Below, in pieces: positions 9,374 to 18,797 of a stretch of 64,000 nucleotides of DNA. Made by a program: the position numbers and the translations under genes. The DNA is from Bacteroidota bacterium (GTDB lineage Bacteria; Bacteroidota; Bacteroidia; Bacteroidales; JADFUO01): positions 306-64,305 of the forward strand of contig JAUXFX010000001.1 in NCBI GenBank assembly GCA_030622635.1, read 5' to 3'. The notes beneath the pieces are model-generated. The model was given only the letters and a program-made list of their open reading frames with translations. It had not been told where the DNA came from and made no database searches. How positions within the stretch are numbered: the first letter of the stretch is position 1; each line of letters begins with the position of its first letter.

Positions 9374-10456
9374 ATGAGAAAAAAAATATATTCCGTAATA
9401 ACTGGTACAGGTAGCTATATTCCTACAAAGCGAGTTCCCAATAAGGATTTTCTTGATAGTGAATTTTATAATCCGGATGGAATTAAATTCAAGGAATCAA
9501 ATGAAGAAATTATCAGTAAGTTTGAAAAGATTACAGGTATTTTAGAAAGAAGACATATTACCGATAATCTTGTTGTCTCTGATATTGCTTATTTCGCTGC
9601 TAAGAATGCTATAGAGTCATCAAAAATTGACAAGGAAGAATTAGATTATATAATTGTTGCTCAAAATTTCGGAGATGTAAAAGTAAATAATAAAAGGTCT
9701 GATTATGTTCCAAGTATTTCTGCAAGAGTAAAGCATAAATTAGACATAAAGAATCCATATACTATTGCTTTTGATTTGCCTTTTGGCTGCCCCGGATGGT
9801 TACAGGGAGTGATAATGTCTAATAGTTATATTAAATCCGGTAATGCAAAAAAAATCCTTATTATCGGTGCTGAAACCCTTTCCAGAATATCGGACCCACA
9901 CGACAGGGACAGCATGATTTATTCTGATGGAGCCGGAGCTATAATTCTTGAGGCAACTTCAAGTAAAGAACCCGTAGGGATTCTATCCGATACTTCAAGG
10001 TCGGATACAATAATTTATTCAAAATTGATGTGGATGAATAAATCTTATAATCCTGATTATAATGGTGATGAATTATTTCTTAAAATGAATGGTCGTAAAT
10101 TGTATGAGTATGCCATATCAACAGTTCCGCAGGTTGTGAAAGACACTATTGAAAAAGCAGGGCTGATGCTTAACAATATAAAGAAAGTGCTAATACACCA
10201 GGCAAATGAAAAATTGGACGTGGAGATTCTAAACCGTTTGTTTAAATTATATGGAAAAACCAAAGTTCTTTTAGATGTTATGCCTATGACGATTTCATTT
10301 CTTGGAAACAGTTCGGTGGCAACTATACCCACCTTAATTGATCTCCTGTTTAAGGGAAATCTGAAAGGTCATAAGCTGATAAAAGGTGAATATGTAGTAT
10401 TTGCCTCAGTAGGAGCAGGAATGAATATTAACTCTTTAGTTTACAGAATGCCTTAA
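9374..10456 (+). CDS. 3-oxoacyl-ACP synthase III-like (FabH/KAS III family)
   Basis: 360 aa. A Cys-His-Asn triad context is present: FGCPGW, IHQANEK, GNSSVATIP. Confidence 0.78.
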   Translation: MRKKIYSVITGTGSYIPTKRVPNKDFLDSEFYNPDGIKFKESNEEIISKFEKITGILERRHITDNLVVSDIAYFAAKNAIESSKIDKEELDYIIVAQNFGDVKVNNKRSDYVPSISARVKHKLDIKNPYTIAFDLPFGCPGWLQGVIMSNSYIKSGNAKKILIIGAETLSRISDPHDRDSMIYSDGAGAIILEATSSKEPVGILSDTSRSDTIIYSKLMWMNKSYNPDYNGDELFLKMNGRKLYEYAISTVPQVVKDTIEKAGLMLNNIKKVLIHQANEKLDVEILNRLFKLYGKTKVLLDVMPMTISFLGNSSVATIPTLIDLLFKGNLKGHKLIKGEYVVFASVGAGMNINSLVYRMP

Positions 10457-10492
10457 TCCGAATAATTCACATCATTACAAGGTTTTAAGCAT

Positions 10493-10525
10493 AATCCTGA
10501 CAGGTTTTTAAAACCTGTCAGGATT
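10493..10525. terminator. Near-perfect 33-nt palindrome between convergent genes (bidirectional terminator-like hairpin)
   Basis: aatcctgacaggttttt/aaaacctgtcaggatt has 16-nt arms around a single central base. It lies between the fabH-like stop (10456) and the acyl-CoA dehydrogenase stop (10669). Confidence 0.55.
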
Positions 10526-10668
10526 GGTTCAGAAAATCAGTACTATATATTTTCAACCCTTGATTTGTACGATATACGAAACTTTAGTAACTTAAGATAA
10601 GGTTAGCAACCTTGACAATTGTAAATTGCAAAATTTTCAATATACAATTTTCAATCTGCAATTTTCTT

Positions 10669-11847
10669 TCAATGAAATGCCTCAATTCCTGTAATATCTT
10701 CTCCGGTTATCAGCAGGTGAATATCATGAGTACCTTCGTAAGTGATTACTGATTCAAGGTTCATTATATGCCTCATTATTGGAAAATCGCCTGTAATACC
10801 CATTGCTCCGAGTATCTGTCGTGATTCCCTTGCGACATCAAGTGCCATTTTCACATTATTTCGTTTTGCCATGGAGATTTGTGCAGGAGTAGCCCTGTTG
10901 TCATTATGAAGTGTGCCAAGCCGCCACATAAGCAGTTGTGCTTTGGTGATCTCAGTAAGCATCTCTGCCAACTTTTTCTGAGTAAGCTGAAAAGCAGCAA
11001 TAGGTTTTTTAAATTGATAACGTTCTTTAGCATATCTTAAAGCCGTATCATAGCAATCCATTGCAGCACCGACAGCTCCCCATGCTATACCATATCTTGC
11101 GGAATTAAGACACATCAACGGACCTTTTAAACCTTTAATATCGGGCAGAACATTTTCTTTGGGAATTTTAACATCTTCAAAAACAAGTTCTCCTGTTACG
11201 GAAGCCCTCAACGACCATTTATGAAATGTTTCGGGAGCTGTAAAACCTTCCATCCCTTTTTCAACAATTAAACCTTTTATTACACCTTTTTCATCTTTTG
11301 CCCAAACAACGGCAATATCGCATATTGATGCATTGGTAATCCACATTTTTGCTCCATTCAAAAGGTAATGGTCGCCTTTATCCTTAATTTTGGTTACCAT
11401 TCCTGACGGGTCGGAACCATAGTCGGGTTCAGTCAAGCCAAATGCTCCGATAATTTCTCCTGAAGCAAGCCGTGGAAGGTATTTCTTTCTTTGTTCTTCA
11501 TTTCCAAATTTATAAATAGGATACATTACAAGTGATGTTTGTACAGATGCCGCAGACCGGATTCCAGAGTCGCCTCTTTCCAACTCGGTCATAATCAAAC
11601 CATAGGATATGTGATCAAGACCCGCACATCCATATTTCTCGGGAAGAAAGGGTCCAAAAATCCCAAGCTCTCCCATCTCTTTGATTAAATGTAAAGGAAA
11701 CCTGTGCTCCTGATTTGCGTCTTCAATGATCGGTTTTACTGATTTGTTTACCCAATCGCGAATAGCACTCCGGATAATTTTATGTTCATCTGTTAGTAAT
11801 TCATCTGCAAGATAATAATCGGGCGGTGTATAAAAGATTTTTGACAT
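10669..11847 (-). CDS. Acyl-CoA dehydrogenase, glutaryl-CoA dehydrogenase-like
   Basis: 392 aa. GLTEPDYGSDPSGM and the C-terminal YEGTHDIH motif are typical of the GCDH subgroup of ACADs. Confidence 0.75.
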   Translation of the reverse strand: MSKIFYTPPDYYLADELLTDEHKIIRSAIRDWVNKSVKPIIEDANQEHRFPLHLIKEMGELGIFGPFLPEKYGCAGLDHISYGLIMTELERGDSGIRSAASVQTSLVMYPIYKFGNEEQRKKYLPRLASGEIIGAFGLTEPDYGSDPSGMVTKIKDKGDHYLLNGAKMWITNASICDIAVVWAKDEKGVIKGLIVEKGMEGFTAPETFHKWSLRASVTGELVFEDVKIPKENVLPDIKGLKGPLMCLNSARYGIAWGAVGAAMDCYDTALRYAKERYQFKKPIAAFQLTQKKLAEMLTEITKAQLLMWRLGTLHNDNRATPAQISMAKRNNVKMALDVARESRQILGAMGITGDFPIMRHIMNLESVITYEGTHDIHLLITGEDITGIEAFH

Positions 11848-11932
11848 TATAATTCCTCTTTTTGTTTTTTAGTAGCAAAAATATTAATTTATTTGTTAAT
11901 TTTGACATTTGTAATTAATAAAAAATTTAATC

Positions 11933-12955
11933 ATGAAAATATTAGTTACCGGCGGAACAGGCTATATCGGTTCGCATACAGTTGTTGAGCTTCAGCAAAA
12001 AGGTTTTGATGTTATAATTGTTGATAATCTTTCAAATTCAGATATTAATGTTTTATCTTCCATTGAAAAAATTACAGGAATAAAACCTGAATTTGAAGAA
12101 TTTGATATGATTGACAGGGATAAGACTGCTGATTTTTTTAAAAGAAATAATGATATTCAGGGAATTATTCATTTTGCTGCTTACAAGGCAGTTGGCGAAT
12201 CTGTTGAAAAACCGTTGATGTATTACCGGAATAATCTTTTTTCGCTTGTAAATATTTTACAGGGAATGAAAGATAATAATATTGAAAATTTTGTTTTTTC
12301 ATCTTCCTGTACTGTTTACGGTCAGCCGGAAGAACTTCCCGTAACTGAAGATGCACCTGTACAAAAAGCTGAATCACCTTATGGGAACACAAAACAAATT
12401 TCTGAAGAAATAATTACCGACACGGTAAAATCAACTGATATTAAAGCAATTGCTTTAAGGTATTTTAATCCTATCGGTGCACATGAAAGTGCAATTATCG
12501 GTGAGTTACCAATAGGAATTCCAAATTGCCTGATGCCTTTCATTACACAAACAGCAATTGGGATACGGGAACAATTAAGGGTTTTCGGAGGCGATTATAA
12601 TACTCCTGACGGTACGGCAATCCGCGATTACATTCATGTTGTTGACCTTGCAAAAGCACATGTAATTGCAGTTGACAGAATGATAAAGAAAAAAATGAAA
12701 AAAGATTTTGAGGTCTTTAATCTTGGTACAGGAAACGGTTTTTCAGTTTTGGAAGTAATTAAATCATTTGAAAAGGTTACAGGCGAAAAATTAAATTATA
12801 GAATTGTTGACCGCCGTGCCGGAGATGTTGAGCAGGTTTGGGCAGATACAAAGTTTGCCAATGATGAATTGGGCTGGAAAGCTGAGAAAGACCTTGATGA
12901 AATGACTCTTTCGGCCTGGAAGTGGGAGTTGGCTTTGAAGAATTTACAGACATAA
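11933..12955 (+). CDS. galE: UDP-glucose 4-epimerase
   Basis: 340 aa SDR. It has GGTGYIGSH, a YGNTK catalytic YxxxK, and GalE-like length. Confidence 0.88.
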   Translation: MKILVTGGTGYIGSHTVVELQQKGFDVIIVDNLSNSDINVLSSIEKITGIKPEFEEFDMIDRDKTADFFKRNNDIQGIIHFAAYKAVGESVEKPLMYYRNNLFSLVNILQGMKDNNIENFVFSSSCTVYGQPEELPVTEDAPVQKAESPYGNTKQISEEIITDTVKSTDIKAIALRYFNPIGAHESAIIGELPIGIPNCLMPFITQTAIGIREQLRVFGGDYNTPDGTAIRDYIHVVDLAKAHVIAVDRMIKKKMKKDFEVFNLGTGNGFSVLEVIKSFEKVTGEKLNYRIVDRRAGDVEQVWADTKFANDELGWKAEKDLDEMTLSAWKWELALKNLQT

Positions 12956-13116
12956 TTAATTTACTAAATAGTGTCCGTCTATAGAGTCAAACAATTTTAA
13001 ATAAAGTTCTAAATGCTTAGTTTATAGACAGGAACTAATTAGAATACGTTCATGAAGTTACTATCAATAAATAATTAAGGTAAAATTGAATATAAACAAT
13101 CAATAAATAAAAAATT

Positions 13117-14169
13117 ATGAAAAAGATATTAATCACCGGAGCTGCCGGTTTTATCGGCTCACATGTTGTCCGCTTATTTGTTAACAAATATCCTCAATAT
13201 AAGATTTTTAATCTTGATAATCTGACTTATGCCGGTAATCTTGCCAATTTAAAAGATATTGAAAAATTTCCGAATTATGAATTTATCAAAGGGGATATTG
13301 TTGAAGGTAATTATATTATGGATTTATTTGAGAAATACCGGTTTGACAGTGTAATTCATCTTGCTGCGGAATCGCATGTTGACAGGTCAATTTCAAATCC
13401 AACGGAATTTATTTATACAAATATAATCGGTACGGTAAACCTTCTGAATGCTGCAAAACATATCTGGAAAGATAATTTTAAAGATAAGCTTTTTTATCAC
13501 ATCTCTACTGATGAAGTTTACGGTTCACTTGGAAAAGAGGGCTTTTTTGTTGAAACAACACCGTACGATCCGCACAGCCCTTATTCGGCATCCAAGGCAA
13601 GTTCCGACCATCTTGTAAGAGCTTATCACGACACTTTCGGATTACCAATAGTTATTTCAAATTGCTCAAATAATTATGGCAGTTACCAGTTTCCCGAAAA
13701 ATTAATTCCTTTGTTTATCAACAATATCAGGAACAATAAACCTCTGCCGGTTTATGGAAAAGGTGAAAATGTAAGAGACTGGTTGTATGTTGAAGACCAT
13801 GCAAAAGCCATTGATGTTATTTTCCACGATGGAAAAGATGGTGAAACATATAATATCGGCGGACACAATGAATGGAAAAATATTGATTTGATTAAAGTTA
13901 TCTGTAAGATCATGAATAAAAAGCTCGGGCGTGAAGATGGAACATCCGAAAAACTTATAACTTTTGTAAAAGATCGTGCCGGGCACGACCTTCGTTATGC
14001 CATTGATTCGTCAAAATTGCAAAAGGAGCTGGGCTGGAAACCATCATTGCAGTTTGAGGAAGGCATAGAAAAAACTATTGACTGGTATCTTGAAAATGAG
14101 GAATGGCTGAAAAATGTTACTTCAGGTGATTACCTTAAATATTATAAAGAACAGTATGTAAAACGGTGA
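13117..14169 (+). CDS. rfbB: dTDP-glucose 4,6-dehydratase
   Basis: 350 aa. It has GAAGFIGSH, STDEVYG and YSASKASSD. Confidence 0.9.
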   Translation: MKKILITGAAGFIGSHVVRLFVNKYPQYKIFNLDNLTYAGNLANLKDIEKFPNYEFIKGDIVEGNYIMDLFEKYRFDSVIHLAAESHVDRSISNPTEFIYTNIIGTVNLLNAAKHIWKDNFKDKLFYHISTDEVYGSLGKEGFFVETTPYDPHSPYSASKASSDHLVRAYHDTFGLPIVISNCSNNYGSYQFPEKLIPLFINNIRNNKPLPVYGKGENVRDWLYVEDHAKAIDVIFHDGKDGETYNIGGHNEWKNIDLIKVICKIMNKKLGREDGTSEKLITFVKDRAGHDLRYAIDSSKLQKELGWKPSLQFEEGIEKTIDWYLENEEWLKNVTSGDYLKYYKEQYVKR

Positions 14170-14261
14170 TTGATAGGGGAGCTTGCTGAGATGTCAATTT
14201 CAATATAAGGCTGTTTTAAACTATTTGAATAATTTTTGTAACTTTGTAAAAAAGTAGAATT

Positions 14262-14501
14262 ATGAACTTACAGGCTGAAAAAATAAATATCATCCAACAA
14301 TTAATTAATATTCAGGATATTAATATAATTGAAAAGATAAATGAATTGTTGTCAAAATCATATAAAGATAACGTAGAACCAATGACATTGGATAAATTTT
14401 TCGCAAAAATTGAAGAATCAGAACAAGCTTACCTGAAAGGAGACATTATTTCACATAATGATTTAAAAAACGAAATAAAATTGTGGATAAACGAAAAATA
14501 A
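14262..14501 (+). CDS. Putative antitoxin (small acidic protein preceding a ParE/RelE remnant)
   Basis: 79 aa. It is preceded by TAACTTTG (14238-14245). Its 3' end overlaps a 22-codon ParE/RelE-like N-terminal fragment. Confidence 0.45.
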   Translation: MNLQAEKINIIQQLINIQDINIIEKINELLSKSYKDNVEPMTLDKFFAKIEESEQAYLKGDIISHNDLKNEIKLWINEK

Positions 14502-14551
14502 ATGTAATTTGGACAAAACCTGCAAAAAATGATCTTCAAAAGATAAAATAG
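14483..14551 (+). pseudogene. Truncated RelE/ParE-family toxin (N-terminal 22 codons only)
   Basis: Manual translation from GTG 14483 gives VDKRKINVIWTKPAKNDLQKIK*. The VIWTxxAxxDLxxI pattern is a typical ParE/RelE N-terminus, but the frame stops at TAG 14549-14551. Confidence 0.4.
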
Positions 14552-14577
14552 CCCTGCTGGAAAACAATAGCACATTA

Positions 14578-15321
14578 ATGAATATCTTTAAAAACATCTT
14601 TTCAAACAAATCAAGTAATCCGATTGATTTATCGGTTTTAGGAACCGACATGCATTCACATCTTATTCCGGGAATTGATGATGGTGCTCAAACCATTGAA
14701 GAATCAATTGAACTTATAAGGGAACTAAATGAACTTGGGTATAAAAAATTAATTATAACACCTCATATTCAGGGTGAATTTTTTATTAGTACACCGGAAA
14801 TAATCTTAATAGGTCTCGAAGAAGTACGTGCTGCTCTGAAAAATGAAAAAATACAAATTAAAATTGAAGCAGCAGCCGAATATCTTATTGATGACAAATT
14901 TGAAGAAAAGTTAAAATCAGGTAATTTACTCACCTTTGGCGAAAATTATATTTTGATTGAGCTTTCGTTTTTTAGTCCTCATCCTAATTTGCTTTCATAT
15001 ATTTTTGATTTGCAGATAGCCGGCTATAAAGTTATTCTTGCCCATCCCGAAAGGTATTCATACTGGTTTGACAACTTTATAAAGTTTAAAGATTTAAAAG
15101 ACAGAGGAGTGTTTTTCCAGATAAATATTATTTCGTTAGGTGGTTATTATCCTTTTCCTGTAAAGAAAATAGCTGAAAAACTTATTGATAATAACATGAT
15201 TGAATTTCTGGGTACAGATATGCATAATCCAAATTATATGCAGGGACTGAAACAAGCTCTTAATGAAAAATATCTTGATAAAATTTTGTCTTCGGGGAAA
15301 ATATTGAATAGTCAGTTATAA
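14578..15321 (+). CDS. CpsB/CapC-type tyrosine-protein phosphatase (PHP family)
   Basis: 247 aa. DMHSHLIPGIDDGA and LAHPERY motifs are present. Confidence 0.8.
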   Translation: MNIFKNIFSNKSSNPIDLSVLGTDMHSHLIPGIDDGAQTIEESIELIRELNELGYKKLIITPHIQGEFFISTPEIILIGLEEVRAALKNEKIQIKIEAAAEYLIDDKFEEKLKSGNLLTFGENYILIELSFFSPHPNLLSYIFDLQIAGYKVILAHPERYSYWFDNFIKFKDLKDRGVFFQINIISLGGYYPFPVKKIAEKLIDNNMIEFLGTDMHNPNYMQGLKQALNEKYLDKILSSGKILNSQL

Positions 15322-15399
15322 AAAAATAGTTAATTAAATATCAGAGGTGCTTCATTTTATGTAAATCTTTGACTTTAAAGACTGGCACTATTTAGAATT

Positions 15400-16275
15400 T
15401 CAGGCACTATAAGTTTCAATATTTCTATCAAGTTTTTTAGCCATACCTTGAAGAACATTGCCGGGTCCTACTTCAATAAATGTTTTGGCACCATCTGCAA
15501 TCATATTCTGCATTATCTGCGTCCACCTTACAGGAGAAGTTAGCTGAGAAATCAGATTGGTTTTAATAATTTCAGGATCGGTAACAGACTGGCCTGTAAC
15601 ATTCTGATATATCGGGCAAGTACCCTGACTGAATTTAGTAGATTTGATAGCTTCTGCAAGTTCAACTCTGGCAGGCTCCATTAAAGGTGAATGGAAAGCT
15701 CCTCCTACTTTTAACGGAAGAGCTCTTTTAGCTCCTGCTTCCTTTAGCTTTTCGCAAGCAATTTCAACACCTTTGAATGAGCCCGAAATAACCAGTTGTC
15801 CCGGACAATTATAGTTTGCCGGAATTACAATCTCATTAATTGAGTCTAAAATTTTTTCAACGGTTTTATCGTCAAGACCGATAATTGCTGCCATTGTTGA
15901 AGATTCTGACTCACAAGCTTTTTGCATTGCCCTTGCTCTGGCAAATACTAATTTTAATCCGTCTTCAAACAATAATGTTTTATTGGCAACCAAGGCAGAG
16001 AATTCTCCAAGTGAATGTCCGGCAACCATGTCAGGTTTAAAATCTTCACCTAAAGTTTTTGCAAGAATTACAGAATGCAGAAAAATTGCAGGTTGTGTAA
16101 CATTTGTTTGTCTCAGGTCTTCATCAGTACCATCAAACATCAAGTCGGTTATACGAAATTTTAAAATATTGTTTGCTTTTTCAAACAGGTCTTTTGCTTT
16201 TGAAGAATTTTTATATAAATCTTTGCCCATTCCAACAAACTGAGCACCCTGTCCGGGAAATACATAAGCTTTCAT
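15400..16275 (-). CDS. fabD: Malonyl-CoA:ACP transacylase
   Basis: 291 aa. It has GQGAQFVGMG, GHSLGEFSAL and GAFHSPLM. Confidence 0.92.
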   Translation of the reverse strand: MKAYVFPGQGAQFVGMGKDLYKNSSKAKDLFEKANNILKFRITDLMFDGTDEDLRQTNVTQPAIFLHSVILAKTLGEDFKPDMVAGHSLGEFSALVANKTLLFEDGLKLVFARARAMQKACESESSTMAAIIGLDDKTVEKILDSINEIVIPANYNCPGQLVISGSFKGVEIACEKLKEAGAKRALPLKVGGAFHSPLMEPARVELAEAIKSTKFSQGTCPIYQNVTGQSVTDPEIIKTNLISQLTSPVRWTQIMQNMIADGAKTFIEVGPGNVLQGMAKKLDRNIETYSA

Positions 16276-16346
16276 TACATTAATTTTTAATTGTTAAAGA
16301 AATTTAAAGCGGAAAATTTATTGTAAAGATGTGATCAAATAAAATA

Positions 16347-17075
16347 CTATTTACGATTTCCTAAAAAACGCAGCAAAAATAAGAATAAATTTATAAAATC
16401 AAGGTATAAATTTAAAGCTCCAATAATAGTTAGTTTTTTTGCCGGTTCAGCCCCGTATTGTAATCCACTTCCAATCCTTTTCAGCTTTTGAACATCATAA
16501 GCTGTAAGACCTGTAAAAACAAGGACTCCAATAAAACTGATAATATAATCCAAAGAGCTGCTATGCATAAAGAAATTCGCAACACTGGCAATTATTATCC
16601 CAATCAATCCCATAAACATAATTGAGCCGAATTTAGTGAGATCGGTTTTGGTAGTATAACCTACGAATGCCATTAAGCCAAACATGCCGGAAGTTACAAT
16701 AAATGTTAAAGTAATTGAACTGGCAGTATAAACAAGCAGAATAAAGCTTAAGCTCATTCCCATCAAAATGGCAAAAGCAATAAATAGCAATGATAATATT
16801 CCTGAAGATAATTTGCTAAAACCAAAGGACATCAGTAACACAAATCCGAATGGTGATAAAAACACTACCCAACCCAAAGTGTTCATACCTCCTGTTTCCG
16901 GATTTATTAAACTACCAATTAATTTGGGGTCCGATGCAAAAAAATATGATGTAGCTGCTGTAATTGCGAGTGCTAAAAACATCCACAAAAAAACATTTGC
17001 AACAAATGTGCGCGACATTGAAATCCCTTCCTGTTGCGATTGGGCTATATTGAAAGTGTTATTTTTTGTAAGCAT
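16347..17075 (-). CDS. BAX inhibitor-1/YccA family membrane protein
   Basis: 242 aa with about 7 TM helices and the basic C-terminal tail LRFLGNRK typical of the family. Confidence 0.75.
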   Translation of the reverse strand: MLTKNNTFNIAQSQQEGISMSRTFVANVFLWMFLALAITAATSYFFASDPKLIGSLINPETGGMNTLGWVVFLSPFGFVLLMSFGFSKLSSGILSLLFIAFAILMGMSLSFILLVYTASSITLTFIVTSGMFGLMAFVGYTTKTDLTKFGSIMFMGLIGIIIASVANFFMHSSSLDYIISFIGVLVFTGLTAYDVQKLKRIGSGLQYGAEPAKKLTIIGALNLYLDFINLFLFLLRFLGNRK

Positions 17076-17140
17076 TTTTGTATTATACTATTATCCTGTA
17101 AAATTTTATTTTTTTAGTAAAGTATTGGTTTTGTATTTAT

Positions 17141-17204
17141 CAGTTCTCAGTCTCCAGTCCTCAGTCTATTTTCGTTGACTGCCGACTAACTGTTACTGAC
17201 ACTG
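17141..17204. repeat. Syllable hairpin: (CAGTNNN)x4 arm and (NNNACTG)-type arm
   Basis: The arms are cagttctcagtctccagtcctcagtct ... gactgccgactaactgttactgacactg. Confidence 0.8.
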
Positions 17205-17307
17205 CAACTTAGTTTCTTGTCATTCAAGATTCAACATAGAATTGAATTAATTACATTTGATAACGAAATAAAAAAACAAATATTATTGGGCATTAAAAGA
17301 GTATTTA

Positions 17308-17931
17308 TTAATGTAATTTTGAACCTATTAAATGTATAAATTCCGCTCGGGTTTCCTGTCGTTTGAATGCACCTGTAAAATCAGATGTTGTAGTTACGGA
17401 GTTTTGTTTTTGAACGCCTCTCATTATCATACATAAATGTTGTGCTTCAATTACAACAGCCACACCCAGTGGTTTGAGCGTAGAATCAATAGCTTCTTTT
17501 ATTTGTGTTGTTAGTCTTTCCTGAACCTGCAACCGCCTGGCATAAGCTTCAACAACTCTTGCAATTTTACTTAAGCCTGTAATGTATTGGTTTGGGATAT
17601 ATGCAACATGTGCTTTACCAATAAAAGGTATCAAATGGTGTTCGCATAACGAAAATATTTCAATATTCTTTACAATTACCATTTCCCTGTAATCTTCTCT
17701 AAACATTGCCGATTTCAGGATTTCTACCGGGTCGTGTTCATAGCCCTGAGTCATGAACTGCATTGCTTTGGCAACTCTTAACGGCGTATCAAGCAAGCCT
17801 TCACGATTGGGATCTTCTTCAATCAATTTTAAGATTTCTTTGTAATAGCCACTTAACTTTTCCAAATTTTCAACATTATGGTTTTCTATCTTTTCATAAC
17901 TAAAAATATGATTATTCTTTTTTTTCATCAT
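17308..17931 (-). CDS. folE: GTP cyclohydrolase I
   Basis: 207 aa. It has CEHHLIPF and a [10 protein letters not shown] motif. Confidence 0.92.
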   Translation of the reverse strand: MMKKKNNHIFSYEKIENHNVENLEKLSGYYKEILKLIEEDPNREGLLDTPLRVAKAMQFMTQGYEHDPVEILKSAMFREDYREMVIVKNIEIFSLCEHHLIPFIGKAHVAYIPNQYITGLSKIARVVEAYARRLQVQERLTTQIKEAIDSTLKPLGVAVVIEAQHLCMIMRGVQKQNSVTTTSDFTGAFKRQETRAEFIHLIGSKLH

Positions 17932-17998
17932 TAGTTTAATATTAAATTTTCAAGGCAACAAAATATTTTTGGGGCAAAATTAAGAAACTTATCAGGTA

Positions 17999-18118
17999 AA
18001 GCACCAAATAACAAATAACAAATAACAAATAAATTCGAAATATCAATGATCAAATGACCGAAACTGTTTTGGTCATTGAATTTTTGAACATTGTAATTTA
18101 TTTGATATTTGGTGCTTG
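17999..18118. repeat. Syllable hairpin: (AAATAAC)n arm, inner 25-nt palindrome, complementary arm
   Basis: The left arm aagcaccaaataacaaataacaaataacaaataaatt faces aatttatttgatatttggtgctt. Between them is the palindrome aatgaccgaaac-t-gttttggtcatt (18053-18077). Confidence 0.85.
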
Positions 18119-18254
18119 TCATCCATACGGACAAGTTTTGTAATTTTTAATATTTATTTAAACTTTCGGACTTTATAGACGGACTAAATAGCTTGAATTA
18201 ATAATCAATATAAATCCAATTAAATCCTTTTAACGTATTATCAATAAAAATATT

Positions 18255-18262
18255 TACTTTTG
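18255..18262 (+). promoter_or_regulatory. Bacteroidota -7 box TAnnTTTG (TACTTTTG) upstream of the antitoxin
   Basis: It lies 40 nt upstream of ATG 18302. An identical box sits at 26363-26370 in repeat copy 2. Confidence 0.4.
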
Positions 18263-18301
18263 TAATTGAAACTATAATATTAAACAAAAAACATAACATT
18301 T

Positions 18302-18508
18302 ATGAAAGGCATTAATTTTGTAACCAACGACAAGGGAGAAAAAATTGCATTACAATTAGATTTAAAAAATCCTGATGAAAAGATGATTGAATTAATTGAA
18401 GAAATTGAAGATATTATTGATGTGGATTTAAGGAAGAATAGTAGTACAAGAGATTATATTGAAATTAGAGAAGAATTGAAGGAAAAAGGAATTATAAGCA
18501 ATGCATAA
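18302..18508 (+). CDS. Putative antitoxin of the RelE/ParE module
   Basis: 68 aa and acidic. Its stop overlaps the toxin start by 8 nt. Confidence 0.55.
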   Translation: MKGINFVTNDKGEKIALQLDLKNPDEKMIELIEEIEDIIDVDLRKNSSTRDYIEIREELKEKGIISNA

Positions 18509-18761
18509 GGTTAAAATCAGCGAAGATGCAATAAAGGATCTTGCTAAAATCCCGCTTAGATATGCAAATAGAATTGATATTGAAATTCTTAAACTTGCTG
18601 AAGATCCACGACCACGGGAATGTGTTAAATTAAAAGGGAAACGGAATTTATATAGGATTAGAATTGGCATGTACAGAATTATTTATTCAATTCATGATGA
18701 CTGCCTTATTGTTAAAATAATTAAAATAGGTCAAAGAAAAGATATTTACAGGAAAATATAA
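18501..18761 (+). CDS. Type II toxin, RelE/ParE family
   Basis: 86 aa. The pattern KLKGKRNLYRIRIGMYRIIYSIHDDCLIVKIIKIGQRKDIY is the canonical RelE/ParE C-terminal pattern. Confidence 0.85.
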   Translation: MHKVKISEDAIKDLAKIPLRYANRIDIEILKLAEDPRPRECVKLKGKRNLYRIRIGMYRIIYSIHDDCLIVKIIKIGQRKDIYRKI

Positions 18762-18797
18762 CAAACTTAATAAAACATTCCATTTATCTTACCCAAA

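Larger units (their letters stand above)
18107..18790. repeat. Direct repeat copy 1: complete antitoxin + RelE/ParE toxin module with flanks
   Basis: It recurs in the same orientation at 26241-26709. Shared strings include atttggtgcttgt, taatatttatttaaac, cggactttat[ag]gacggactaaatagcttga, the whole antitoxin ORF, and the 3' flank aataaaac[ac]ttccattt. Confidence 0.85.

Noticed and set aside
16768-17178. 136-aa plus-strand ORF
   Set aside because: It is antisense to the BAX inhibitor-1 family gene, and its end runs into the CAGT-heptad array, so it is an artefact.
17931-18134. 67-aa minus-strand ORF
   Set aside because: It is composed of the AAATAAC-heptad/palindrome element. Its peptide is repeat-derived and it has no coding signal.
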